Source of the DNA: Elusimicrobiota bacterium
GTDB lineage: Bacteria > Elusimicrobiota > Endomicrobiia > Endomicrobiales > JBDRNC01
Reading direction: 5' to 3'
Length of the DNA: 64,000 nucleotides
Assembly (NCBI GenBank): GCA_043811535.1
Contig: JBDRNC010000028.1
Location: 96,001-160,000 of the forward strand
The notes under the pieces are model-generated. The model ran no database searches. It saw only the letters and a program-made list of their open reading frames with translations, and was not told where the DNA came from. Positions 56,342 through 64,000 of the stretch are shown here, piece after piece. The position numbers and the translations under genes are program-made. Each line of letters begins with the position of its first letter. Position 1 is the first letter of the stretch.

Positions 56342-56407
56342 CGGAGCACCTCTGGAAATCCCCGAAAGGGGAATTGATTTCGCGACATTCCCGATAAACC
56401 GGGATTA

Positions 56408-56926
56408 TCAGGATTTATTTTTGAAAATTTCTGCCAGATCCGGATTCCCCTTTATCATTGAAGGGAGCCAGTACCAGATATCTTCGGTCTTCGCGAAAAG
56501 ATCGGAGTAATACGGGATGAAACTGTTGTCCGATTCATCCGCCGGGCTTCCGTCCACAGTGACCCAGCAGTGCCCGGACCTGAGAAAATTGTGCCTTATC
56601 TCAAGGCCTATGTTGAAAACCTTCTTTCCGGATAGGGCGTAGTACAGAAGCAGGGATTTATACAGGCACTTGCGGCGCCAGAACCACGGCGAAAGGAAAT
56701 AAACCGCGTCGATTCTTTTTATCAGCGCGTTTATATCATTGCGCGCGAAATCGAAAACCGGTTTAAGCCGGTTCAGTCCCGCCAGGACTTCGGATATGGT
56801 GTTTTTAGTTTTTATCAAGAGCAGGAAGGACCTGCAGCTCAGCGCGAGCAGTTCAAAGTAAGTAAGCGCGGAAGGCCCGCCCGCCGTCTTGCCTCTGGAG
56901 GGGCCGCTATAGACCGGTTTTCCCAT
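56408..56926 (-). CDS. Lasso peptide B2-like transglutaminase-fold leader peptidase
   Basis: KCLYKSLLLY (catalytic Cys), GHCWVTVDG (His). Confidence 0.8.
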   Translation of the reverse strand: MGKPVYSGPSRGKTAGGPSALTYFELLALSCRSFLLLIKTKNTISEVLAGLNRLKPVFDFARNDINALIKRIDAVYFLSPWFWRRKCLYKSLLLYYALSGKKVFNIGLEIRHNFLRSGHCWVTVDGSPADESDNSFIPYYSDLFAKTEDIWYWLPSMIKGNPDLAEIFKNKS

Positions 56927-58646
56927 AACGTTCGTGAAGTTGTTTGTATGATTCCAGTATCTCGATGTTCTTGCTTGAATTCAGGAATAATATGGGTCCG
57001 CAGCTTTCAAGGACAAAAAGGTCGTGGCTGACGATGATTATAACCTTGTTCTTTAATGACTTAATTATGTCCATGACCGCCATCTTATTCCTTATATCCA
57101 GCCCCGCGCTCGGCTCGTCCAGCACGAGGACTGAGGAATCCTTGTAAAGGGCCCTGGCTAATTCAACCCTTTTTTTCTCCCCTTCGGAAAGGGACAACAC
57201 GCCCGTGTTGACAACAGTGTCGTAACCCGCGAGAGTCCGCGAAATGAAGTCGTGGATGTTCGCCATTTTCGCGGCGGAGACAACCTTGTCCATGTCTATC
57301 TTCGCGCTTCCGAAAGCGATATTTCCTTTGAAGCTCAGGTTGAAGACGAACGGTCTTTGCGGCAGGTAGGATACCCGGGCAAGATAGTCATTGCGGCCTA
57401 TGTCGCCGATCAGGGTCCCGTTTACGCTGATACTGCCGCTCGTCGAGGTTATCAGCCGTAGTATGAGATTTAAAAGCGTCGTTTTCCCGTAACCGGATTC
57501 GCCGGTTATGCCCGTTATCCTGTTTTTCTCAAAGGAGCAGTTGATATCCCGCAGTATCGTGTTTTCCCCGTACTTGAAACCCGTATTCTTGAACGTTATC
57601 GAACTTACTTCCGGAACGGTCTTTTTGCGCGAGGCCTCCGGAGAAGCGTCCGCGGCGACCAAGTCGGGGATGCTGTTGAACAAGTTGTCCACGCGCTCGA
57701 CGTTTACGAGCATGAGCCGGCATTTGGTGTATATGTCGAAAAGCGATTTAAGGTAGATGTTGAGGACAAAGCCGGCGACTATCAGCGATACGAATTTCCC
57801 CGCGAGGATCAGTTCGTTCCTTATAAAGAAAAAACCCGTGAAAACCGTCGCGCAGATGAACACGGTGAATATCACTTCAAGAAGATGTTTTTTTGCGTTT
57901 TCCAGTTTCAGCGTGCCGATGTTCAGCGCGGCAAGCGAGTTGTTGAGTTCGTTGACCCTGTTCTTTTCGCGGCCGCTAAGGTCGTAGATCTTGAGAAGAT
58001 TGATGCCCTGGAAGTACTCTATCAATTTGTTGTTCAGCGCTTCCTTCACGCTTTGTATCGGGAATATCAGCCTGCTGATCCTGAGGTTGAAATACCTGAT
58101 CGCGGCAAGATAGACCGCCGCCAGGACGGCCGCGGCTATCAGTATCTCCGGCTGTATGCCGGCCATGTACACGAGTATCACAAGGATTACAAGCGAGCTC
58201 TTGACTAGGTCGATGAATATGAGCGTAACCGCCGGCGTTATCTGCGTCAGGTCGCTGAGTATCAGCGTTATAAGCTCGCCGGGCGAGTATTCGTTGAGGA
58301 GCAATACGGGCATCCGGCACAGTTTGTCGTAGGAATCGTTTATTATTTCCCTGTTAATGGCTATTGTTATGCTGTTGTTAAGGTTTGTGAGCAGATAATC
58401 GATTATATTGTAGATGACAAGCAGGGCGAACAGGCCGGTTATCAGGAAAATGACATGCTTGGCGCCGGAAGAATACAGGTTGAAGTCAAATATCACGCGC
58501 ACGAACTGCAGGTTGACGTAGTTGAAGCCGGCGAGCACGCACGAGATGACGGTGCAGGCAAGGATGGCCCACCTGTGCCTTATTATATAGGGATAAAGCA
58601 GGGTTTTAAGGACGCCGATAAGATGACTGATCGTTTTTTTTCTCAT
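56907..58646 (-). CDS. ABC exporter, fused TM and ATPase domains, no C39 peptidase
   Basis: GESGYGKTT, LSEGEKKR, VLDEP, VSH; ATG 58646 overlaps the upstream TGA. Confidence 0.92.
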   Translation of the reverse strand: MRKKTISHLIGVLKTLLYPYIIRHRWAILACTVISCVLAGFNYVNLQFVRVIFDFNLYSSGAKHVIFLITGLFALLVIYNIIDYLLTNLNNSITIAINREIINDSYDKLCRMPVLLLNEYSPGELITLILSDLTQITPAVTLIFIDLVKSSLVILVILVYMAGIQPEILIAAAVLAAVYLAAIRYFNLRISRLIFPIQSVKEALNNKLIEYFQGINLLKIYDLSGREKNRVNELNNSLAALNIGTLKLENAKKHLLEVIFTVFICATVFTGFFFIRNELILAGKFVSLIVAGFVLNIYLKSLFDIYTKCRLMLVNVERVDNLFNSIPDLVAADASPEASRKKTVPEVSSITFKNTGFKYGENTILRDINCSFEKNRITGITGESGYGKTTLLNLILRLITSTSGSISVNGTLIGDIGRNDYLARVSYLPQRPFVFNLSFKGNIAFGSAKIDMDKVVSAAKMANIHDFISRTLAGYDTVVNTGVLSLSEGEKKRVELARALYKDSSVLVLDEPSAGLDIRNKMAVMDIIKSLKNKVIIIVSHDLFVLESCGPILFLNSSKNIEILESYKQLHERYGKTGL

Positions 58647-59590
58647 GCCGGTATTTGCGAGAAATTCGGTATTATTCTTGAAAGACAGCTTCCGTAGCAG
58701 TTGCTCTTGCATTTGCAGCTCAGGCATTCCTTCTTGTAGCCCACGCCGCGGTACGGCAGGTAGAACTCTTCAAAGTGCTGTTTCAGTCCGCCGTAGTCCC
58801 CGTATTTATTATACTTTACCTTGTGAATCTTAGCCAGCGGCAGGCAGTAGATGACTTCGCCGTTCGGCAGTATGTCAAGGATGGACCTGCAGCCCGAACT
58901 GTAATCAAAACCGCATTTGTCCAGAGTTACCTTGTCCTTGTCGCTGAAAAAACACGACGGAACGCCGCATTCAAACTCTCCCCTGATATCGTGTTTCTTG
59001 AATATCCCCGCGAGCCGGAGCATCGACGCGGACAAGCCGCCGAATTCTTCGTGGCTGGCGTAAAGGTTCGTGCGCTGGACAGTAGGAAGCGCTATGCCTA
59101 TCTTGACGCTGCGTTTCAATTTGTATTTGTCTATGTAATCCAGCAGAAAAGCCGGGTCGTAATCGACATTTATCACGTTGAAAGTCAAAACCGCCTGCTT
59201 GCCCAGAACCGACAGGAAATCCTCAAGCCTGCCGCGCATCGTTTTATTGTATTTGGAGGGGTCGTTTACGTTTATGACCCAGTCGTGGGATGTGTCTTTG
59301 GCGGCCTTCATCTCATCAGGGGTGAATTTGGTGATGCCGTTAGAGAAGATGTCTACCGTGAAGGACCTCTTGCGCGCGGTTTCAAGCATCCAGAGAAAAT
59401 CGGGATGCAGCGTCGGTTCCCCTCCCATGAGATGGAAATAATTGTTCTTGGAACCGTCGAGCCATTTGAGAAGGTTCAGGAACGTAGCCCTCGTCATGAA
59501 CTCTTTTTTCCGCAAGGGACGCATCTGGTCCCTGCCGAAGCAGTAACTGCAGTTCAGGTTGCACGTATTTGTTATCATGAAGTTCGGCAT
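58643..59590 (-). CDS. Radical SAM protein with SPASM-like domain
   Basis: CNLNCSYC, GGEPTLHP, C-terminal C...C...CLSC.....CYGSC. Confidence 0.92.
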   Translation of the reverse strand: MPNFMITNTCNLNCSYCFGRDQMRPLRKKEFMTRATFLNLLKWLDGSKNNYFHLMGGEPTLHPDFLWMLETARKRSFTVDIFSNGITKFTPDEMKAAKDTSHDWVINVNDPSKYNKTMRGRLEDFLSVLGKQAVLTFNVINVDYDPAFLLDYIDKYKLKRSVKIGIALPTVQRTNLYASHEEFGGLSASMLRLAGIFKKHDIRGEFECGVPSCFFSDKDKVTLDKCGFDYSSGCRSILDILPNGEVIYCLPLAKIHKVKYNKYGDYGGLKQHFEEFYLPYRGVGYKKECLSCKCKSNCYGSCLSRIIPNFSQIPA

Positions 59591-59612
59591 AGATAGATCC
59601 TTTTTCCTTTCT

Positions 59613-59741
59613 CCTTCCCCCCTTGTGGGGGAAGGCTGGGATGGGCAATGAGTCTTTAACTTTCACCTTCCCCCTTGACGGGGGAAGGTAGGGATGGGGG
59701 TGACCCCCCACCTTAATCCTCCCCCACAAGTGGGGAGGGAA
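59613..59741. repeat. REP-like hairpin cluster (CCTTCCCCC...GGGGGAAGG)
   Basis: Closely related copy at 61504-61651; more distant relative at 2781-2840. Confidence 0.85.
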
Positions 59742-59759
59742 TATTGTAATGAAATGGAT

Positions 59760-60557
59760 TCAACTACCTATAAAGCTCTTCATCACCACGGTCTTGCAGC
59801 CGCCGGAACAGTTTTTCGTGTAATTACCGCACGAGCTGCATTTTTTATAGACGCCGAAACTGAAATAAGGTTTAAGAAAGTTCCCGAAGTCGTTTACGAT
59901 ATCCATTATGGTGTTGTGTTTGAATAGATCCGTGGAATAATTCGCGCCGCCGCCATTATTCCCGCAGAAATAAGCGTTAAAACCGGCGTCAACGGTCAGA
60001 AGCGACGGGCAGTACAGGTTGACCATGCATCCTTTCTGTATGAAAAAACCGAGTTCCTCGTCGCGGAAATCGCATAAAGTAAGGCCGCAGTCCCAGAATA
60101 TCTTATAGTCGCCGCCGCCCATCGCGCTTATGATGGGTTTCATCCTTGCCTTTGTCAATTTTCCTATTTTTTCCTTATTACGCGATTTGACAAAGACGGT
60201 ATTGGTCAACTTAAGCGCGGTAATCTTGCCCAGAAGGGCCTTGAACGCCGCGGCGCTTTCCTCAAGGTGATAAACCGGCAGGATGCTGGCGTTTTTCAGC
60301 CCGCTTCCGGCCAATCCGGCCGCCGCGCCGTCAATGCCGTCAACTCCGTGCTCGATGAAGACGTCAAAATCCCTGTTCAGCAGAGCGGCAACTTTAAAAA
60401 CTTCGGATTTTTCGGCCCCGATGCCGATAAGGACGCACTTGATTCCGCTGTTCTTCAGAAAAGCGGTCAATTCCGGCAATTTTGACATGAAACCGGCGTC
60501 AACGGTTTTCAGGTCAAGCCGTATGGACTGCGCCAGGCTATTTAAACTCAAATCCAT
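59760..60557 (-). CDS. Degenerate radical SAM paralog retaining only SPASM-like cysteines
   Basis: No CxxxCxxC; WDCGLTLC, YCPS...FC, CSSC......CSGGC align with its neighbours. Confidence 0.75.
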   Translation of the reverse strand: MDLSLNSLAQSIRLDLKTVDAGFMSKLPELTAFLKNSGIKCVLIGIGAEKSEVFKVAALLNRDFDVFIEHGVDGIDGAAAGLAGSGLKNASILPVYHLEESAAAFKALLGKITALKLTNTVFVKSRNKEKIGKLTKARMKPIISAMGGGDYKIFWDCGLTLCDFRDEELGFFIQKGCMVNLYCPSLLTVDAGFNAYFCGNNGGGANYSTDLFKHNTIMDIVNDFGNFLKPYFSFGVYKKCSSCGNYTKNCSGGCKTVVMKSFIGS

Positions 60558-61485
60558 AACAGCCTCCGGAACAGATATTCCTGCCGTAGTAGTTGCATTT
60601 GCCGCAAGCGCCCGATATGCCCTTTTCCTTTTTTGGCAGGACGCTTTTATAATGGTCTTTTATGCCCAGCACGGAAGAGAACTTGCTTAACGACGTGTTG
60701 TGAATGTTATGGAGCGGGAAGCATCTCCAGACGCGCCCGTTCTTTCCGATATCTATGGCGCCGTCGCAGAGAAAATTAATTCTGACATTGTTTTTCTGTA
60801 GTTTCCCGAGATCGGCCCTTGAGAACATGCAGATGATAAAGCCGCAGTCAAACCCAAGGATAATGTCCTTCGCGAACGCGTCGCGGCTGAACTCCACAAT
60901 GCGTTTCGCGATAGCCTTGCATTCGCCGTACTTTACATATTTGTTGTCGGCGTTCACTATCGGCATGGATATGCCCAGCCTGACTTCCGTCTTCAATTTG
61001 TACTTCTTGATGTAATTGATGATTGTGCCGTAATTGAAATTCTTCTCGAAAATAGTGAACCCGAGCGTGACGATGCCGTTCAGCTCTTTAAGGTTGGCGG
61101 TGAGGTATTCCCATTCCGCGGTTTTATAGGATGAGCGCTTGTTGATGTTGAGGATAATATTGACGGCGTCGGAAGGCAGGGTTTTAAGGTATTCGCGGAT
61201 GGCGGCGGGGAAAGTGCCGTTCGTGAAAAGCTTGATTATGAAGCCGTCCTTAATAAGGTAATCAATAATGCCCTTGAAGTTTGAATGGAGCGTGGGCTCC
61301 CCGCCCAGTATGGAGATGACGTACTTGTTCTTGTCGTTCGGCTTTTCCGATTTCTTTATTAAATCGGCGATGGGGATTATCTCGTCAAGCGTCATCTCCT
61401 GGACGTCGGAATGCCCGAGCATCGCCTTGGCGAAACAGTATTTGCACCTGAGATTGCAGATGTTGGTTATGAAGACGTTAGGCAT
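60538..61485 (-). CDS. Radical SAM protein with SPASM-like domain
   Basis: CNLRCKYC, GGEPTLH, FDCGFIIC, CGKC.......CSGGC. Confidence 0.92.
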   Translation of the reverse strand: MPNVFITNICNLRCKYCFAKAMLGHSDVQEMTLDEIIPIADLIKKSEKPNDKNKYVISILGGEPTLHSNFKGIIDYLIKDGFIIKLFTNGTFPAAIREYLKTLPSDAVNIILNINKRSSYKTAEWEYLTANLKELNGIVTLGFTIFEKNFNYGTIINYIKKYKLKTEVRLGISMPIVNADNKYVKYGECKAIAKRIVEFSRDAFAKDIILGFDCGFIICMFSRADLGKLQKNNVRINFLCDGAIDIGKNGRVWRCFPLHNIHNTSLSKFSSVLGIKDHYKSVLPKKEKGISGACGKCNYYGRNICSGGCYGFEFK

Positions 61486-61503
61486 TTTAGATTCTCACCT
61501 ACA

Positions 61504-61651
61504 CCTTCCCCCCTTGTGGGGGAAGGCCGGGATGGGGGGGCAATAAGTCTTTAACTTTCCCCTTCCCCCTTGACGGGGGAAGGCTGGGATGGGGGTGATA
61601 ATTGTCTTCTTGTCACCCCCACCTCTTTCCTCCCCCATCCGAGGGGGAGGA
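61504..61651. repeat. REP-like hairpin cluster, second copy
   Basis: Shares ccttcccccttgtgggggaagg...agtctttaactttc...ccttcccccttgacgggggaagg with 59613-59741. Confidence 0.85.
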
Positions 61652-61666
61652 TGAAGGTTGAAAATC

Positions 61667-62593
61667 TTAATTCAAGCTGAACGTACTCTCAAAAATGAAC
61701 AGTATGGGTATCAGGCATTTCCTGCATGCTTTCAACTTATCGTACTTCTTGAACAATATCGTCCTTCTGAAGGACTTATACGCCTTGTGAGCGTAAATCT
61801 CGTCTATTGACCTGTAATCATTTATGTTGCCGAGGGAAATATCCTCCATGTAATCATAACTGCACGGTATGACGTTGCCGGAATACGTTATGGAAAGCCC
61901 CTGGTAATACATCGGGCATACTTTCGGCTTCGGAAGAAGGTGCACCTTGAAATTCCCGAGTAGTTTGATATCAGGCCACGGGAAATAATTGGATATGATG
62001 ACATTCCCGGTTATATTGAGTTTTTTCAGCCTGTCGATGAAGCCGTCAGTCGCCTTTTTGTTCCGCACAATATCCAGCGCCTTGATATACAACTCCGGGG
62101 TCTTCTTATTCAGCTTCTTCTTAAGGGCGTCAAGGGCAAGGATGTTTTTCAGGACTTGTTCGCCCTTGTCCGAGTTCCTTATCATCTTGTAATCGTCCGG
62201 CGATATGCCGTCGTAATCCACAATTAGCTTATCAAGGCCGGCATCTATTATTTCCCCGGCCAGTTTTTCATTGAGCAGGAGCCCGTTTGTGGTTATGGAT
62301 GTGAATAATCCGCGGGATTTGCATAGTTTGGTGAATCCGGCGATATCCGGATGCAGGAGCGATTCCCCTCTGAAGTAAAGGCAGACATTCTTGATGCGTT
62401 TTCCGGCCTTGTTGAGTATGCTTTCCAGCAGCTCGCGGCTCATGAAGCCTTCAGCCGTAATGTTCTTTTCGGGGAAACTCTTATAGCAGATGGGGCAGGC
62501 CAGGTTGCACTTATTGGTCGGTTCGATAATCAGGGTATCTGATTTAAAGCGGAAATAGTCGTATATTTTCTCGAATTTCTGTTTTATTGACAT
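61667..62593 (-). CDS. Radical SAM protein with SPASM/Twitch-like domain
   Basis: CNLACPIC, RGESLLHP, CPMYY...GNVIPC...CRKC. Confidence 0.92.
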   Translation of the reverse strand: MSIKQKFEKIYDYFRFKSDTLIIEPTNKCNLACPICYKSFPEKNITAEGFMSRELLESILNKAGKRIKNVCLYFRGESLLHPDIAGFTKLCKSRGLFTSITTNGLLLNEKLAGEIIDAGLDKLIVDYDGISPDDYKMIRNSDKGEQVLKNILALDALKKKLNKKTPELYIKALDIVRNKKATDGFIDRLKKLNITGNVIISNYFPWPDIKLLGNFKVHLLPKPKVCPMYYQGLSITYSGNVIPCSYDYMEDISLGNINDYRSIDEIYAHKAYKSFRRTILFKKYDKLKACRKCLIPILFIFESTFSLN

Positions 62594-62604
62594 GGCGGTA
62601 AGAT

Positions 62605-62633
62605 ATTATAACACTATCAAAAATCAATTGCAA
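62605..62633 (-). promoter_or_regulatory. Sigma70 promoter of the modification operon (very short leader)
   Basis: TTGCAA-N17-TATAAT with TG extension; -10 box ends 11 nt before ATG 62593. Confidence 0.7.
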
Positions 62634-62636
62634 TAA

Positions 62637-62707
62637 AAGGGGACGGTTCTATTTAACTCCCCTTCGAGATGTCCGGAAGGGCGCCACTTAAATAGAACCG
62701 TCCCCTT
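62637..62707. repeat. 20-bp perfect inverted repeat
   Basis: AAGGGGACGGTTCTATTTAA (62637-62656) / TTAAATAGAACCGTCCCCTT (62688-62707). Confidence 0.85.
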
Positions 62708-63278
62708 CTCCTTTTAGCACATCATTGAGAACCACGCTTACTTCTTCAAGGGAGAAAGGCTTGGTCAATACATTGGAAAAACCGTATTTTTTGAAATCTG
62801 ACATTATCGGATCAGTTGAATAGCCGTTTGACACGATTGCTTTGGCATCGGGGTCAATTTCCAATATTTTCAGGACAGCTTCTTTACCGCCCATACCGCC
62901 CGGTATGGGCAAGTCCATGATAACGGCGTCGAATGGTTTGCCGGATTCTTTTGCTTTCTTGTACGCGTTTACTGCCTCGTCGCCGTCTTTGACGAACTCT
63001 GCGGTATATCCTAAACGTTCAAGCAGTCTCCCCGTGACCTTTCTCACCATCTCTTCGTCATCCATAACCAGTATCCTGCCTTTGCCCGGAATGAGTTTCG
63101 CCGGGCAGAATAATTTCCTGAACAGCGGAATATTTTCTATATTTCTTATATGCCTGTAAAAGTCGCGTTCGTGCATTTCCATGAATTCGGACATTTTTAT
63201 CCTGCCCATCAGTTTTGCGGCAGGGACCGTTTTAAGCGCGTTGTTATGAAATTGATTGAATTCAAACCGACTTGACAT
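62688..63278 (-). CDS. Response regulator receiver protein with ~60-aa N-terminal extension
   Basis: ILVMDDE, VIMDL, VSNGY, KPF. Confidence 0.85.
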   Translation of the reverse strand: MSSRFEFNQFHNNALKTVPAAKLMGRIKMSEFMEMHERDFYRHIRNIENIPLFRKLFCPAKLIPGKGRILVMDDEEMVRKVTGRLLERLGYTAEFVKDGDEAVNAYKKAKESGKPFDAVIMDLPIPGGMGGKEAVLKILEIDPDAKAIVSNGYSTDPIMSDFKKYGFSNVLTKPFSLEEVSVVLNDVLKGEGDGSI

Positions 63279-63305
63279 AATAGATGTCTCTCCGAAAGGG
63301 AATAT

Positions 63306-64000
63306 TCAGCTTGCCAAAACCTTTCGGACGGCCTTAAGCAAATCCTCTACGCCGTACGGTTTGGGCAGAAAATGGAATCCCATGTTCCTGATATCCGGCA
63401 GTTTTGCTTTGTCATCAAGATAACCGCTGCTTACCAGGATTCTTATATCCGGATTTATGGACAGGATTTTCTTCGCCAGTTCAACGCCGTTTCCGTCAGG
63501 CAGAACGGAATCGGTGAACAGCAGACGGAAATCCCCGTTTTCACGGTTAAAAACGTTCATAGCTTCTTCGACGTTTACGGCTCCGAAAACGACATAATTA
63601 TTGCCTTCCAACACGCGCTTGCTCAGGCCCAGTATTCCCTGTTCATCTTCCACGAGCAAGATCCTTTCTTTCTTCCCCTTAACATTACCGTTCAAAAGCA
63701 GCTCGGGAGCGGCTTTCAATCCGTTCCCTTCCTTGTATACGGGCATGTAAATCCTGAACTCGGAACCCTCCCCGGGTCTGCTCTCTACGTTGATCCATCC
63801 CCCGTGCTGTTCAACTATGCCGAAAGCCGCCGGAAGCCCGAGTCCCGTTCCTCCGGAAGCTAATTTTGTTGTGTAAAAGGGCTCAAAAATCTGCTTAATC
63901 GTCTCTTCATTCATTCCGATACCGGTATCCTTTATTGAAAGCAATGCGAATTCACCCGGCCGCGCTCCGGCGATCAGACTGCTGTCTTTTTCCGTAATAG
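63306..64000 (-). CDS. Hybrid sensor histidine kinase, C-terminal part (HATPase + receiver); starts outside the window
   Basis: DTGIGM, FEPFYTTK, GTGLGL, LVEDE, FTDS, KPY; frame open to the window edge. Confidence 0.92.
   Translation of the reverse strand, partial: ITEKDSSLIAGARPGEFALLSIKDTGIGMNEETIKQIFEPFYTTKLASGGTGLGLPAAFGIVEQHGGWINVESRPGEGSEFRIYMPVYKEGNGLKAAPELLLNGNVKGKKERILLVEDEQGILGLSKRVLEGNNYVVFGAVNVEEAMNVFNRENGDFRLLFTDSVLPDGNGVELAKKILSINPDIRILVSSGYLDDKAKLPDIRNMGFHFLPKPYGVEDLLKAVRKVLAS

Noticed and set aside
56405..56410. TGA readthrough or selenocysteine fusing the B2 peptidase to the in-frame B12-rSAM
   Set aside because: The TGA is immediately followed by an in-frame TAA.
51202..58646. 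Canonical lasso peptide cluster
   Set aside because: No asparagine-synthetase-like cyclase in the locus and no Asp/Glu in the core to form the macrolactam.

Overview
Bacterial chromosomal window spanning the probable replication origin. The lineage cannot be determined from the sequence alone; Elusimicrobiota is a tentative guess. Left arm (minus strand): an ArsR/permease/thioredoxin/CcdA-like operon, a gatCAB operon interrupted by corA and a serine hydrolase, and pcrA/uvrD. Centre: rpmH-rnpA-yidD-yidC-jag-mnmE-rsmA-dnaA-dnaN-DUF721-gyrB-gyrA, all co-directional, with DnaA boxes on both sides of dnaA. Further right: archease, folD, a split B12 methionine synthase, rmuC, tRNA-Glu flanked by repeats of its own ends, rtcB, serS, LemA/GIDE and exbBD. 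The main discovery is an ~11.5 kb RiPP-like locus at 51.1-62.6 kb. It has an RRE/PqqD gene followed by an unannotated 56-aa precursor with a lasso-type YxxP leader and an extremely Tyr-rich core (GSGYGYYYYSLYYSLYYYSLYYYYYSLYHYH). These converge on an operon with three intact radical SAM/SPASM-type enzymes, two degenerate ones, a B12-radical SAM (probable CTG start), a lasso-B2-type peptidase, an ABC exporter, a nucleotidyltransferase and an HPr-kinase-like protein, but no lasso cyclase. Many intergenic spacers also contain palindromic arrays of 7-9 nt units from several different sequence families.
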